This document shows positions 10,211 through 20,076 of a stretch of DNA of 64,000 nucleotides, piece after piece. Positions within the stretch are counted from its first letter, which is position 1; every line of letters starts with the position of its first letter. The notes beneath the pieces were generated by a model. The model saw only the letters and a list, made by a program, of their open reading frames with translations, searched no databases and was not told where the DNA came from. The DNA comes from Candidatus Bathyarchaeota archaeon (GTDB lineage: Archaea; Thermoproteota; Bathyarchaeia; Bathyarchaeales; Bathycorpusculaceae): contig CAVYXJ010000011.1 in assembly GCA_963772455.1 (NCBI GenBank), forward strand, positions 86,775 through 150,774, read 5' to 3'. The position numbers were made by a program, and so were the translations under genes.

Positions 10211-10774
10211 ATGTCCGAGCAAATAAGAAGCTTCATCGCTTTCGACCTCAAAAATGATAACGTATTGAATAGAATAAATGCAGCGCAAAAACTGTTAATG
10301 CAAACAAATGCAGACCTTAAAATGGTTGAGCCATCCAACATCCATATCACATTACGATTTCTAGGTGGAATTAGCCCAGAGATGGTTGATAAAGTTCATG
10401 CTGCCATGAAGAACGTCAAGTTCATTCCCTTTAACGTTCAACTCAGAGGTTTAGGAGTTTTTCCAACACTTAATTATCCACGGGTTGTTTGGGCTGGAAT
10501 AACCGATGGGGCAGAACAATTAAAAAGCATCTTTGAACAACTTGAACCCCAAATCCATGAGTTAGGCTTTGCGCCAGACCCTAACGGTTTTAGCCCACAT
10601 TTAACGATTGCACGCGTTAGGACGGGAGCAAACAAACAGCGCTTAATTGATTTGGTAACTAAACAAGCTAATTATGAATTTGGAAACATAAGAGCAGATT
10701 GTTTAAGGCTTAAAAAAAGTCAGCTTTCACCTAAAGGTCCAACTTACTCTACGCTCAAAGAATACTGCCCCTAA
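10211..10774 (+). CDS. thpR: RNA 2',3'-cyclic phosphodiesterase (2H family, LigT/ThpR)
   Basis: RSFIA, HITLRFLG, PRVVWAG and FSPHLTIAR; two HxT motifs. Confidence 0.93.
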   Translation: MSEQIRSFIAFDLKNDNVLNRINAAQKLLMQTNADLKMVEPSNIHITLRFLGGISPEMVDKVHAAMKNVKFIPFNVQLRGLGVFPTLNYPRVVWAGITDGAEQLKSIFEQLEPQIHELGFAPDPNGFSPHLTIARVRTGANKQRLIDLVTKQANYEFGNIRADCLRLKKSQLSPKGPTYSTLKEYCP

Positions 10775-10784
10775 ATGATAAGCC

Positions 10785-12209
10785 ATGGAAAACGAATTAA
10801 ATGCGTTGTCTAAGCGAATCCTCGAAAAGATCACGCCTAAAAAAGAGGAATACGCCAAAATTGACGCTTTAAGTCGCGAACTTGAACAGAAAATTTTGTT
10901 TGCATGCAAACAAGAAGGTGTAGAGGCAAAAGTGCGGGTTGAAGGTTCCGTTGCCAAGGATACATGGTTGAGTGAAAATCCCGATATCGACATTTTTATG
11001 CGTTTGCCAACCTCGATTCCAAGAAAAAACCTGGGCGATATCGGGTTAAAAATTGCGAAAAAAGCTGCTGGCACCGCAGAGCAGTTGGAACGTTTTGCTG
11101 AGCATCCTTACCTTGAAATTTTCCTTGACGGTTACCGCGTCGACATTGTACCTTGTTATGATGCTAAACCAGGTGAATGGCAAAGCGCAACTGATCGAAC
11201 GCCCTATCACACAGATTACATCAACAACCATTTGAACAAAGTAGCACGTGCTGAAGTTCGGCTATTAAAAAGATTTATGCAGGGTATTGGCGTTTACGGT
11301 GCAGAGATCAAAATCGGCGGTTTTAGTGGTTACCTTTGCGAACTATTGATAATGAAGTATGGGACATTCGCTCAAACCATAATAGCCTTCGCAGAATATC
11401 ACGGGCGTATAATAATAGATCTTCAGGGCTTTTATGCAGAAAGAGAAAACGAGCTAAAGTTGCTTTTTCCTGAGCCACTTGTTATCATTGACCCAGTTGA
11501 TAAAGGAAGAAATGTCGCTTCAGCAGTGCAACCTCCAAAATTGTACATATTTGTTGGTGCAGCAAGAGCGTTTTTGAAAAAGCCAACTGAAGAATTTTTT
11601 TATCCAGCTAAACCACAGGTTTTATCTTCAGACGTATTGAAGAGGCAGATTGAAAAACGTGGGTCATCCCTCGTATTTTTGATAATTGGAGAGTTAAATG
11701 CTGTCCCAGACGTACTTTGGGGACAACTGTATAGATCAAAACGTTCTCTGCGAACGCTCCTTGAATTAGGCGATTACAAGATTTTAAAAGATGCAATTTG
11801 GAGCAACGAGAAAACCCTCAGTATATTCATCTTTGAACTTGAAGCACAAGTTTTACCCAACATCAAGAAACATCTTGGTCCCCCGCTTGAACGGGAAACT
11901 GAATGTGAAAAGTACCTCAACAAATATAGTTGCAATGAAAGCGTGATTTCTGGACCCTACATTGAAGATGGACGCTGGATAGTCGAATTACCGCGCAAAA
12001 CAACTGATGCAGTTGCATTGTTGAAAGAAAAGTTGTTGGATGGAGGTAAAAACGCTGGTATTGCTGATTTAATTTCAAAAACAATGCAGAAAAACCTCAG
12101 AGTAGCTGTTGGCAATGAAGTGCAAGCAGTCTATGAAGGGAATAATGATTTTGCAGAGTTCTTGACAGATTTTCTTTCCGGTAAACCTTTTTGGCTAAAA
12201 ATCTTGTAA
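10785..12209 (+). CDS. cca: Archaeal class I CCA-adding enzyme
   Basis: GSVAKDTWL..DIDIF, AEHPY, SATDRTPYH, GFSGYLCELL, DPVD..RNVA motifs. Confidence 0.96.
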   Translation: MENELNALSKRILEKITPKKEEYAKIDALSRELEQKILFACKQEGVEAKVRVEGSVAKDTWLSENPDIDIFMRLPTSIPRKNLGDIGLKIAKKAAGTAEQLERFAEHPYLEIFLDGYRVDIVPCYDAKPGEWQSATDRTPYHTDYINNHLNKVARAEVRLLKRFMQGIGVYGAEIKIGGFSGYLCELLIMKYGTFAQTIIAFAEYHGRIIIDLQGFYAERENELKLLFPEPLVIIDPVDKGRNVASAVQPPKLYIFVGAARAFLKKPTEEFFYPAKPQVLSSDVLKRQIEKRGSSLVFLIIGELNAVPDVLWGQLYRSKRSLRTLLELGDYKILKDAIWSNEKTLSIFIFELEAQVLPNIKKHLGPPLERETECEKYLNKYSCNESVISGPYIEDGRWIVELPRKTTDAVALLKEKLLDGGKNAGIADLISKTMQKNLRVAVGNEVQAVYEGNNDFAEFLTDFLSGKPFWLKIL

Positions 12210-12309
12210 ACTCCTAAGAAGTATAGTGATGAATAACGTTTTTGTCCATTCGTTTGTAAAAAAATAATTAATTTTCCTGCATCAAAAAAATGTGCAGGTC
12301 ACCACGGGT

Positions 12310-13497
12310 TTATTGGGTTACGGAGTGGTACCAGCTGATAATGTATTCTGGTAGATTAAGACCTCTTTCACCCAGCCTCTCTGCGAGTTTGACTGGTAGT
12401 GGACTTAGTACATATGCTGCCCTTGTGTAGAAGCGTCTTGGAGTAGAAGGCTTAACTTCTTCTGGTAAGACAATTTTTAGGTCAGCTTTCTTAGCCAAAG
12501 TTGAGTCTGCGTTTCCGGTAATTGCGAAAACTGTGCCTCCGAATTTCTTTAGCACATCCGCCCAAATGATGACAGGGCGGGTTTCGCCTGAGAACGATAG
12601 TAAAATTTCTAAATCGCCAGCTCTTGGATGCGGGGTGTTGACGCCTCTTGTAATGTATACGTTATCGCCAAGAAAACTTTTAATGTGGAAAAGTCGAACG
12701 CCGGTCATTTTGGCAATTTCGTTTCCGGTGCCTTTTCCGCCCAGGAAAACGTTTGTTCTTTTTTCCATTATGTCGACGAGTTTAGTGTAGGTTTCTGAGT
12801 TCATGTTGGCATCTATCATTTCGCCAACTTTTTGGAATTCTTCTTCGCATAGACGGAAAACGTCGCTGACTGGGAGGTTTCGAAATATGGCTTCTATCAT
12901 GCTGTTTAAAAGTTCAAGAGTTCCAAGTTCGAAGATGTCGCCCATCATGCCTGTTTCTGCGTATTCAGCGCCGGGCTTGTTTTTTCCTCGTCCTTTTATT
13001 TGGACAACTTGACCATATTTGTTTGTGATATCAGCTAATGGAGATGATAATGCTGATGTTAAGAGTCCCATGGAGAAATGAGTGGATTTCTTCTCTTCAA
13101 TATATTTAGCTAAGTCCTGCGCCATGACAAGTGGGTCGTCACTGTAGCCACTACCCGAATTCATCAGAAGCAAGGTCTTTTTATAGCGACGTTCCAAATC
13201 TGGAGCAGCATCATACATGCTTTTGCCTGGAAACCCAGGATCGTCAGGCGTTAAAACAACTTTGTTACGCCAACCTGCTTGGCTAAGAGCGATTTGACTC
13301 ATAGCAGCATTAAGTGAGTAAAGTGATCTGCCTGAACCTCCGCAGATTACACAGTCTGCAGCATTAAGGTCATCAAATAGAGGTGCAAGTTCCCTTTTTC
13401 TTATACTCATAATGTTTTCTTGGATTTTATTTACATATCCAATTGTGCTGACTTTGCTTTTGATACCAACCGCACCTTCAGTGCAAACATGATTCAA
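12310..13497 (-). CDS. Tandem SIS-domain sugar isomerase (two PHI/HxlB-like domains)
   Basis: GGSGRS...NSGSG in domain 1; GGKGTG...GDLEILLSFSGET...AITGNADSTLAKKAD in domain 2. Confidence 0.75.
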   Translation of the reverse strand: MNHVCTEGAVGIKSKVSTIGYVNKIQENIMSIRKRELAPLFDDLNAADCVICGGSGRSLYSLNAAMSQIALSQAGWRNKVVLTPDDPGFPGKSMYDAAPDLERRYKKTLLLMNSGSGYSDDPLVMAQDLAKYIEEKKSTHFSMGLLTSALSSPLADITNKYGQVVQIKGRGKNKPGAEYAETGMMGDIFELGTLELLNSMIEAIFRNLPVSDVFRLCEEEFQKVGEMIDANMNSETYTKLVDIMEKRTNVFLGGKGTGNEIAKMTGVRLFHIKSFLGDNVYITRGVNTPHPRAGDLEILLSFSGETRPVIIWADVLKKFGGTVFAITGNADSTLAKKADLKIVLPEEVKPSTPRRFYTRAAYVLSPLPVKLAERLGERGLNLPEYIISWYHSVTQ

Positions 13498-13813
13498 AGA
13501 TTAGCTATATTATTCTTGCGCTAGCCAACTAAAGTTCGAGTCGACTTTGATCATCGATCTATGGTCTAATCGAAAAGAAATTAAAGATTTTTTTGTTTTT
13601 CTAAGATATTTGCAAATATTCGAAGTTAACCAATCTAGCGACAAACACAATTACCTATTATATCAAGAACCTAGGAGATACTTAATAATTTTGAATAGGG
13701 ATTTGCACCAGAAAAGTATAGAAAAGAAAATAAAAACTGTAATTATTTGTACTTTTAATCGCCAAATATTTATATTAAAAAGCAACCATCAAGCCAACAG
13801 ACCAGTGAAAGTT

Positions 13814-14446
13814 ATGTCACAAAAAGAAGCCGAAAAATACCAATTTCTAGTTAAATTAGCCCTCGAAAACGGTGCTACAGACGCCAAAATAATTCCAACA
13901 AGCAAAGTCGTCATCGAAGATCGAGTGGTACTAAAATGTAAAGTCGGTTGCAACCACTACGGCAAAACCCTCGCCTGCCCACCCTACACACCTTCAGCTG
14001 AGGAATTCCGCAAAATAGTCAGCGAATATGGTTACGCCATGTTTATGAAATTCGCTTCAAATGCGCAAGCTGAACCAGAGGTTTTAGCTAAGTTAATGGT
14101 TGCAGAAACAGATCCATCAGTTTCAAAAGAAATCAAGGAGAAAGCAGCAAAGTTCTGGAAAGACTGGAAAGACGACAAACGCAAAATGCTTCAGAGCGTT
14201 GTTGATTTGGAAAAAGCTGCAATGAACAAAGGTTACAGTTTAGCAATATCGTTTGTTTCGGGTCATTGTCAACTCTGCGAAAAATGCAATACAGAATCAA
14301 AAATTTGTGCTCATCCTAACTTGGCACGCTGGTCTGAAGACGCTGTTGGCGTCAATGTAAAGAAAACCGCGGCAAACGCTGGAATAACCGTTACTTTTCC
14401 GTTTGCAAAAAACCCTGAATCCTTCGCAATACTTCTAATCGATTAA
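13814..14446 (+). CDS. DUF2284 Cys-rich metal-binding protein
   Basis: KC..GC..YG....CPP and G.CQLCEKC......CAHP..AR.S..A.GVNV motifs; ATG 13814. Confidence 0.8.
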   Translation: MSQKEAEKYQFLVKLALENGATDAKIIPTSKVVIEDRVVLKCKVGCNHYGKTLACPPYTPSAEEFRKIVSEYGYAMFMKFASNAQAEPEVLAKLMVAETDPSVSKEIKEKAAKFWKDWKDDKRKMLQSVVDLEKAAMNKGYSLAISFVSGHCQLCEKCNTESKICAHPNLARWSEDAVGVNVKKTAANAGITVTFPFAKNPESFAILLID

Positions 14447-14939
14447 CTTCAGGAGAACAGGTAAAAATAAATAATTTAACCATTGGCAAAGAACATGAAT
14501 TTATTCATAATTTGTTATAATGAGTTATAGAGGATAAATACTGAAAGAAGCTATGATTAAGCTTAAGAAATAAGTAGTTAAAATAATAAAAAACATAAGA
14601 AACTTGCAACGAAACTATTTTGGACTTAATAATTTTAGCAGAAGCGTAAGATATTGGCAAATAAAACACTATATTTAAAAGATAACAATAATTCGTTAAA
14701 AGTAGAAGAAGTCCAAAAGTAGAAGAAAGCAAATTTTTCACTATTCTTCTTCTAACAAATACTTATTTTCGCCACAATCTAAAGTTTCTTCGAAAAAAAA
14801 TCTATCAAAACAAACCCAAAGTTTAAAGAAGAAAAGCATAAACTAAAATCGCAATGAAAAGCTGATAAACTTCATTTTATTCTGGTATTTCATCGTTAAA
14901 ATTAAAGTTGATTAATCAAAAAATCAAAGTATTGACTTT

Positions 14940-15482
14940 TTAGATGTTGATGTGCCTTAGATATTTGTTCCAAAGGTATGAAGCTGCGTATCCTGCTACG
15001 CCACCTGAGACTGGACCCATAAACAAGACCATTGCATCGAGCATTTGGCTTCTTTGAACAAACAAACTGACAAAAGAAAATCCGTTTAGGTATTGCGGGA
15101 AAATGGCAAACGCAGAGTAGCTGGAAACAGCTATCAACAATGTACTAATGGCCATGGCTACAATCAATCGGTTGCGGTTTACGCCTTGCTGTGAACCTTT
15201 GATTTTGAATAGTAATAAGAAAACATCAACGAAGACGCCAAAGAGGAAGGCAAAAAAGAATGTGAATGGACCTAAAGCTGGGCTAACGAGTGCAGTTAAG
15301 AGTCCTCCGACTGCTCCAACATACATGGCGCCTACTTTTGGAATGAATAGTCCGCTTACTGCGAGTAGAACTGCTTGGACAACTATGACTAGATAGTTTA
15401 GTGGGGGTGGCAAAAACACGTTTGTGACGAAAATTATTGTGCCGAAAAGGGCTACAATGAATAAACGTTGAATCTTCTGCAT
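14940..15482 (-). CDS. Polytopic membrane protein, ECF S-component-like
   Basis: About 180 aa with 5-6 TM helices; ALFG near the N-terminus; G.A.YVG.VGGLL motif. Confidence 0.55.
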   Translation of the reverse strand: MQKIQRLFIVALFGTIIFVTNVFLPPPLNYLVIVVQAVLLAVSGLFIPKVGAMYVGAVGGLLTALVSPALGPFTFFFAFLFGVFVDVFLLLFKIKGSQQGVNRNRLIVAMAISTLLIAVSSYSAFAIFPQYLNGFSFVSLFVQRSQMLDAMVLFMGPVSGGVAGYAASYLWNKYLRHINI

Positions 15483-15663
15483 CCATGTACCCCCGAATAG
15501 TATAGGAGTTCACGTTTCCTTCTAAAAAGCTTAATGTTAAAGTTGAAAAAAAGAAAAACTTGAGTAAAGATGTAATTTAATTTTAATGGAAAGTTATAAA
15601 TTGGCAAGATGCAATATTTGGTATTATATAATAATTAACTGATAAATGTAAAATTGGGGATAA

Positions 15664-16422
15664 TTGAAAATGAGCACTCACGCAGAAGATTTGAAGCTCC
15701 GACTAATGACAATTGAGCTTCTTCGAACGGCAAAATACAAACGGAACATTACTTACAGAGAATTAGCTACTAAAACTGGTTTACCAGTCACTGTGCTAAG
15801 CCGCTATGCAAAAGGTCATGTTTTGCCAAACACAGTAAGAGCAAAACAACTTTGGCGTGTGCTTACAAAACTTGTTGGATTAGAAGTAGAACTACGAAGC
15901 AGAATAAAATTTGACGATACAGGCTATTTTGATAACACAGAAATCGTAGGTGACTACAATATCCTCCAGCAAGCAGCAAATCATGCCTTAGCAAATTTCG
16001 CGGGTAAACGCGTTACTAAAATCTTAACTGCCGCCGTCGATGGCATACCCCTAGCTACAATGGTCGCAAACTCACTTGGAGTAAACCTCATCGTTGCCAA
16101 ACGCAACAAAGAAGTCGGAGTAAAAGCCTTCCTTGAAGAAACATACATTTTAGGGCGAGATTCAGGCGTAACCGTAACTCTTTATATCCCCAAAGAATCT
16201 ATCAAAAAACGAGACAGCGTCCTCGTAGTTGATGATATGATCAAGAGCGGCGAAACTCAAGAAGCTCTAGTTAACCTTGTTAAAAAGTCAAAAGCTGAGG
16301 TTTCAGGTATCTTCTCACTGATTGCTGTTGGAGAAGAATGGAAGAAACGGCTAAAATCAGGTGAAGACTCACCCGTTGAAGTTGTCACTCATTTGAAATC
16401 TCCCTTCGACACTTCATCTTAA
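15664..16422 (+). CDS. HTH-phosphoribosyltransferase fusion (PurR-like regulator/APRT)
   Basis: TYRELATKTGLPVTVLSRYAKGHVLP HTH; VLVVDDMIKSGET PRPP-binding loop. Confidence 0.85.
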   Translation: MKMSTHAEDLKLRLMTIELLRTAKYKRNITYRELATKTGLPVTVLSRYAKGHVLPNTVRAKQLWRVLTKLVGLEVELRSRIKFDDTGYFDNTEIVGDYNILQQAANHALANFAGKRVTKILTAAVDGIPLATMVANSLGVNLIVAKRNKEVGVKAFLEETYILGRDSGVTVTLYIPKESIKKRDSVLVVDDMIKSGETQEALVNLVKKSKAEVSGIFSLIAVGEEWKKRLKSGEDSPVEVVTHLKSPFDTSS

Positions 16423-16453
16423 TCCCTCCTTCTTGATTTTTTAATCGAAATGT

Positions 16454-16855
16454 GTGAAAACAATGAACAAAATAGGCCACATAACCCTGCTTGTTAAAGA
16501 CCAAGATGAAGCATTAAAATTCTACACTCAAAAGCTCGGATTTCAAAAACGCCAAGATATAGTCATCGCCAAAAATGTAAGGTGGGTTACTGTTTCGCCC
16601 AAAGGTCAAGAAGATCTTGAGTTAACATTTGTTGTTGCTGACAGCGAAGAGAAACGTAAGGCAGTAGGTAAGCAAGCGGGAAATCACGTTTTTCTCACGT
16701 TAGAATCAGATGATTGCCGAAAAGAATACAAAGCATTGCTAGCAAAGGGCGTAAAGTTTTATGGCAAGCCAGAAATTCAAGCTTGGGGCGTTGACGTAGT
16801 TTTTGAAGACCTTTACGGCAACTTGTTAGATTTAGTTCAACGTTTCAAGCGTTAA
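16454..16855 (+). CDS. VOC/glyoxalase family protein
   Basis: HITLLVKDQDEALKFY..KLGF; FEDLYGN motifs. Confidence 0.9.
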   Translation: MKTMNKIGHITLLVKDQDEALKFYTQKLGFQKRQDIVIAKNVRWVTVSPKGQEDLELTFVVADSEEKRKAVGKQAGNHVFLTLESDDCRKEYKALLAKGVKFYGKPEIQAWGVDVVFEDLYGNLLDLVQRFKR

Positions 16856-16922
16856 TACTAGAAAATCTTTAACAGAACCGCCACAACTAATCGATATTGT
16901 AATCACGTTGAGGTAAATAGAA

Positions 16923-17945
16923 TTGCGGATGATTAAGTGGCAAAATGGTATTGTTATAACACCTGACCAAACCAAACTTCCCCTACAAGAGATTACTTTG
17001 GAAATTAAGACGGTGGAGCAAATGGCTGAAGCTATAAAAACTCTGCGTGTTCGAGGAGCTCCACTTCTTGGTGCCGCAGCTGGGTTTGGCATGGCATTGG
17101 CAGCTTATCACTCAAACGCAAAAACAAAAGCAAAATTGCTCGCTGAATTAGAATTGGCTGGCAAAATCATTAAACGCCAAAGACCTACAGCTGTAAACCT
17201 GTTTTGGGGAGTAGACCGCGTATTAAACAAGGCGAAAAACGTTTCAGGCTCCGTTGAAGAAATTAAAGCTTCAGTTATTGAGGAAGCAAATAAAATCGCG
17301 GATGAAGATGCAGCCCAAAACCATGCGATTGGCAAGAATGGTTCAGTTCTCATTGATGATGGCGATACAATTTTGACTCATTGCAACGCAGGCGAATTGG
17401 CAACTGTCGAGTACGGAACTGCCCTAGGAGTTGTACGTGCAGCTTGTGAACAGGGCAAAAAAATTAAAGTCATCGCAGACGAAACCCGGCCACTTCTACA
17501 AGGTGCAAGGCTTACTACTTACGAACTTAAACGCGATGGCATTCCAATTACATTGATTACGGATAATATGGCTGGTTACATCATGAGCAAAGGTCTTATC
17601 AACAAGGTTATTGTGGGGGCAGATCGCATTGTGCAAGATGCCGTTTTCAACAAGATAGGCACTTATAGCGTCGCTGTTCTGGCGCATGAACATAAAATTC
17701 CCTTCTATGTCGCTGCACCAAAATCTACCTTCGATTTAACCTGCAAAGCTGCCGACGTTGAAGTTGAAGAAAGAAAACCTGAGGAAGTTACCCACATAGG
17801 AGGAGTACAAGTTGCTCCCAACGGTGTAAACGTCATGAACCCATCTTTTGATCCAACCCCCCTCAAATACGTAACAGCCATCATAACCGAGAGCCGCGTC
17901 ATCTACAACAAAGACTTTGGTGAATTCAGAAAGGGAAAAGTATAG
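16923..17945 (+). CDS. mtnA: Methylthioribose-1-phosphate isomerase (eIF2B-like family)
   Basis: DQTKLP, VRGAP, RPTAVNL, THCNAG.LAT..YGTA, ETRP.LQGARLT, NKIGTY motifs. Confidence 0.9.
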   Translation: MRMIKWQNGIVITPDQTKLPLQEITLEIKTVEQMAEAIKTLRVRGAPLLGAAAGFGMALAAYHSNAKTKAKLLAELELAGKIIKRQRPTAVNLFWGVDRVLNKAKNVSGSVEEIKASVIEEANKIADEDAAQNHAIGKNGSVLIDDGDTILTHCNAGELATVEYGTALGVVRAACEQGKKIKVIADETRPLLQGARLTTYELKRDGIPITLITDNMAGYIMSKGLINKVIVGADRIVQDAVFNKIGTYSVAVLAHEHKIPFYVAAPKSTFDLTCKAADVEVEERKPEEVTHIGGVQVAPNGVNVMNPSFDPTPLKYVTAIITESRVIYNKDFGEFRKGKV

Positions 17946-17975
17946 CTTCTTAGAGTGTAGAGTAGCGATCAATTA

Positions 17976-18539
17976 ATGAGTGAATCCAAAAAAAATGTTC
18001 CAGTTGAATTTAGAACCAACGGTGTGCTTGCTGAAAAAGGAGTCGTTGTAACCGAGCAAAGCAACATCGACGCGCTAACTTCGCGGGGTTATGGCACGTT
18101 AGAAAACAAGGTTTTCACCTTAACATTTTACGAGTCACTATACCTTTTAGACAAAAGCATGCTTGAAGTAAAAGACGCAAAAGACAAGCCAGTTGATTTC
18201 CAGAGCCTTCTACATTGTTACGAAGTTCAAAATGAAAATGCGTGGGTAAACTACTTGGTTTACCGTGACTTACGAAGTAGGGGCTACGTAGTTAGAGAAG
18301 GATTTGGCGGCGGAATTAACTTTCGCATTTATGAACGAGGGACCTACGGTAAAGACACAGCACCCTACCTAGTCTATAGTGCTCAAGAAGGAACACCAAT
18401 TCCGGTAAATGACCTTGCAACTGCCATGCAGCAATGTCAAAACCAAAAGAAAGAACTCACTTTGGCAGTCATGAATCGCAGAGGCGAAATCGTTTACTAT
18501 TCTGTTTCTCAATTAACCTTCAGCAAAATTGATGACTGA
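17976..18539 (+). CDS. tRNA-splicing endonuclease, structural (beta) subunit
   Basis: ESLYL, YLVYRDLRSRGYVV, F.IYERG motifs; catalytic His absent. Confidence 0.8.
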   Translation: MSESKKNVPVEFRTNGVLAEKGVVVTEQSNIDALTSRGYGTLENKVFTLTFYESLYLLDKSMLEVKDAKDKPVDFQSLLHCYEVQNENAWVNYLVYRDLRSRGYVVREGFGGGINFRIYERGTYGKDTAPYLVYSAQEGTPIPVNDLATAMQQCQNQKKELTLAVMNRRGEIVYYSVSQLTFSKIDD

Positions 18540-18760
18540 ATTCAAATCCCTGAAGCGAATATTGGATTAAGGTATGATTAGTAAAGGAATTTTTAAAACA
18601 AATATCAATGGGCAAAGAAACTCTAAAAACTTCTTGACTTTTCAGAATAAAAAAACAAATCGCTGAAGATTGATTAAAACAGATTCCAATATGTTTGATA
18701 GCTATAGCGAGAGTTTAATAGAATAATTGCATCTTTTAGCTTGTTTAGGAGCAAAAATAC

Positions 18761-20035
18761 ATGCCTGCTTTCCAACCTGTGCGCGGAATGAGAGACTTAA
18801 TCGGAGAAGAAGCTCAAACCTTCACACAAATCATAGTTAAAGCGCGAGAAACCGCCATACTTTACGGTTACAAAGAAGTTATAACACCTCATGTTGAGTC
18901 TCTTGAATTATTGAGTGCAAAATCAGGTGAAGAAATCCGGCAACGTATGTTCATCTTCAAAGATCTTGGAGATCGGTTAGTTGCATTACGACCAGAATTT
19001 ACAGCTTCAATTGCGCGTCTAACTACGACCATTCTAAAGAACGAACCTAAACCATTTCGATTATTGTCAGTAGGGACGGTTTATCGGTATGACGAACCTC
19101 AAAGAGGACGTTACCGGGAATTTTGGCAATCAAACTTTGAGTTAATCGGTTCAGCTAAACCCGAAGCAGATGCAGAAATCATTTTATTAACAAATAATTT
19201 GATGGGCTCATTGGGATTGCATGGTTATGCTTTCAAAATTGGCCATATAGGTGTAATTCGCGGAATTCTTAGCCAAGATGGCGTCGACGAGAAGACCCAG
19301 AATGCCGTGTTGCAACGTATGGACAAAAAAGAATATGATGCAGCACTCAAGCTTTTAGAATCTGATAAATGTCGAAGAATGCTAGAGGGATTGCTGGAAA
19401 TTAGGGGCAACGATTGGCTTGACACAGTTGAGCAAATACAAAGTTACGTAGCCAACTATGAAAAAGCAAAGATCGCCGCAGGAAACCTCGCTGAAGTTCT
19501 AAAACTTGTAGCTGAAAGTGCAAACGTAAACATTACAGTTGAACCAGCTTTCGCCAGAGGACTGGAATACTATACCGGAATGATTTTTGAAATTTACATT
19601 CCAGGGCTCGATATCGCTTTAGGTGGCGGGGGGCGATATGACAAACTCGTTGAAGCCTTCGGCGGAGAATCCACACCTGCGGTTGGTTGTGCCCATGGAA
19701 TTGACAGAGTTGCTATTGCCTTGTTCACTCAGAAAACAGCCGTTGCAGTAAAAAAAGAAAAGAAAGTTGTAGTTTTGCCCATCACTGAAGCAATGAAGTC
19801 TGAGGCATTAAAGATAGCTCAACAACTGCGTGCAAGTGGGGTTACTGTAGAATTTGAGGTCATGGGTAGAAAAATGGCTAAAGCACTTGAAGATGCCGAT
19901 AAACGCAAAGCAGATTTCGCAGTACTCGTTGGAGAATTAGAACTCAAAGAAAACGCTGTAGTACTCAAAGACCTCTCTAACAGACAACAGAACATAGTTC
20001 CAATCGACAAATTAATTGAAAAAATCAAGAACTAA
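18761..20035 (+). CDS. hisS: Histidine--tRNA ligase
   Basis: RGMRD, LRPEFTAS, RYDEPQRGRYREF, RGLEYYTG, GGGRYD motifs. Confidence 0.97.
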   Translation: MPAFQPVRGMRDLIGEEAQTFTQIIVKARETAILYGYKEVITPHVESLELLSAKSGEEIRQRMFIFKDLGDRLVALRPEFTASIARLTTTILKNEPKPFRLLSVGTVYRYDEPQRGRYREFWQSNFELIGSAKPEADAEIILLTNNLMGSLGLHGYAFKIGHIGVIRGILSQDGVDEKTQNAVLQRMDKKEYDAALKLLESDKCRRMLEGLLEIRGNDWLDTVEQIQSYVANYEKAKIAAGNLAEVLKLVAESANVNITVEPAFARGLEYYTGMIFEIYIPGLDIALGGGGRYDKLVEAFGGESTPAVGCAHGIDRVAIALFTQKTAVAVKKEKKVVVLPITEAMKSEALKIAQQLRASGVTVEFEVMGRKMAKALEDADKRKADFAVLVGELELKENAVVLKDLSNRQQNIVPIDKLIEKIKN

Positions 20036-20076
20036 AAGAAAAATAATTGTTGATCCTCAAAAGAGGCTGATTTATT

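Noticed and set aside
14698-14727. Direct repeat AAAAGTAGAAGAA x2
   Set aside because: Only two low-complexity copies in AT-rich DNA; not a CRISPR array or iteron set
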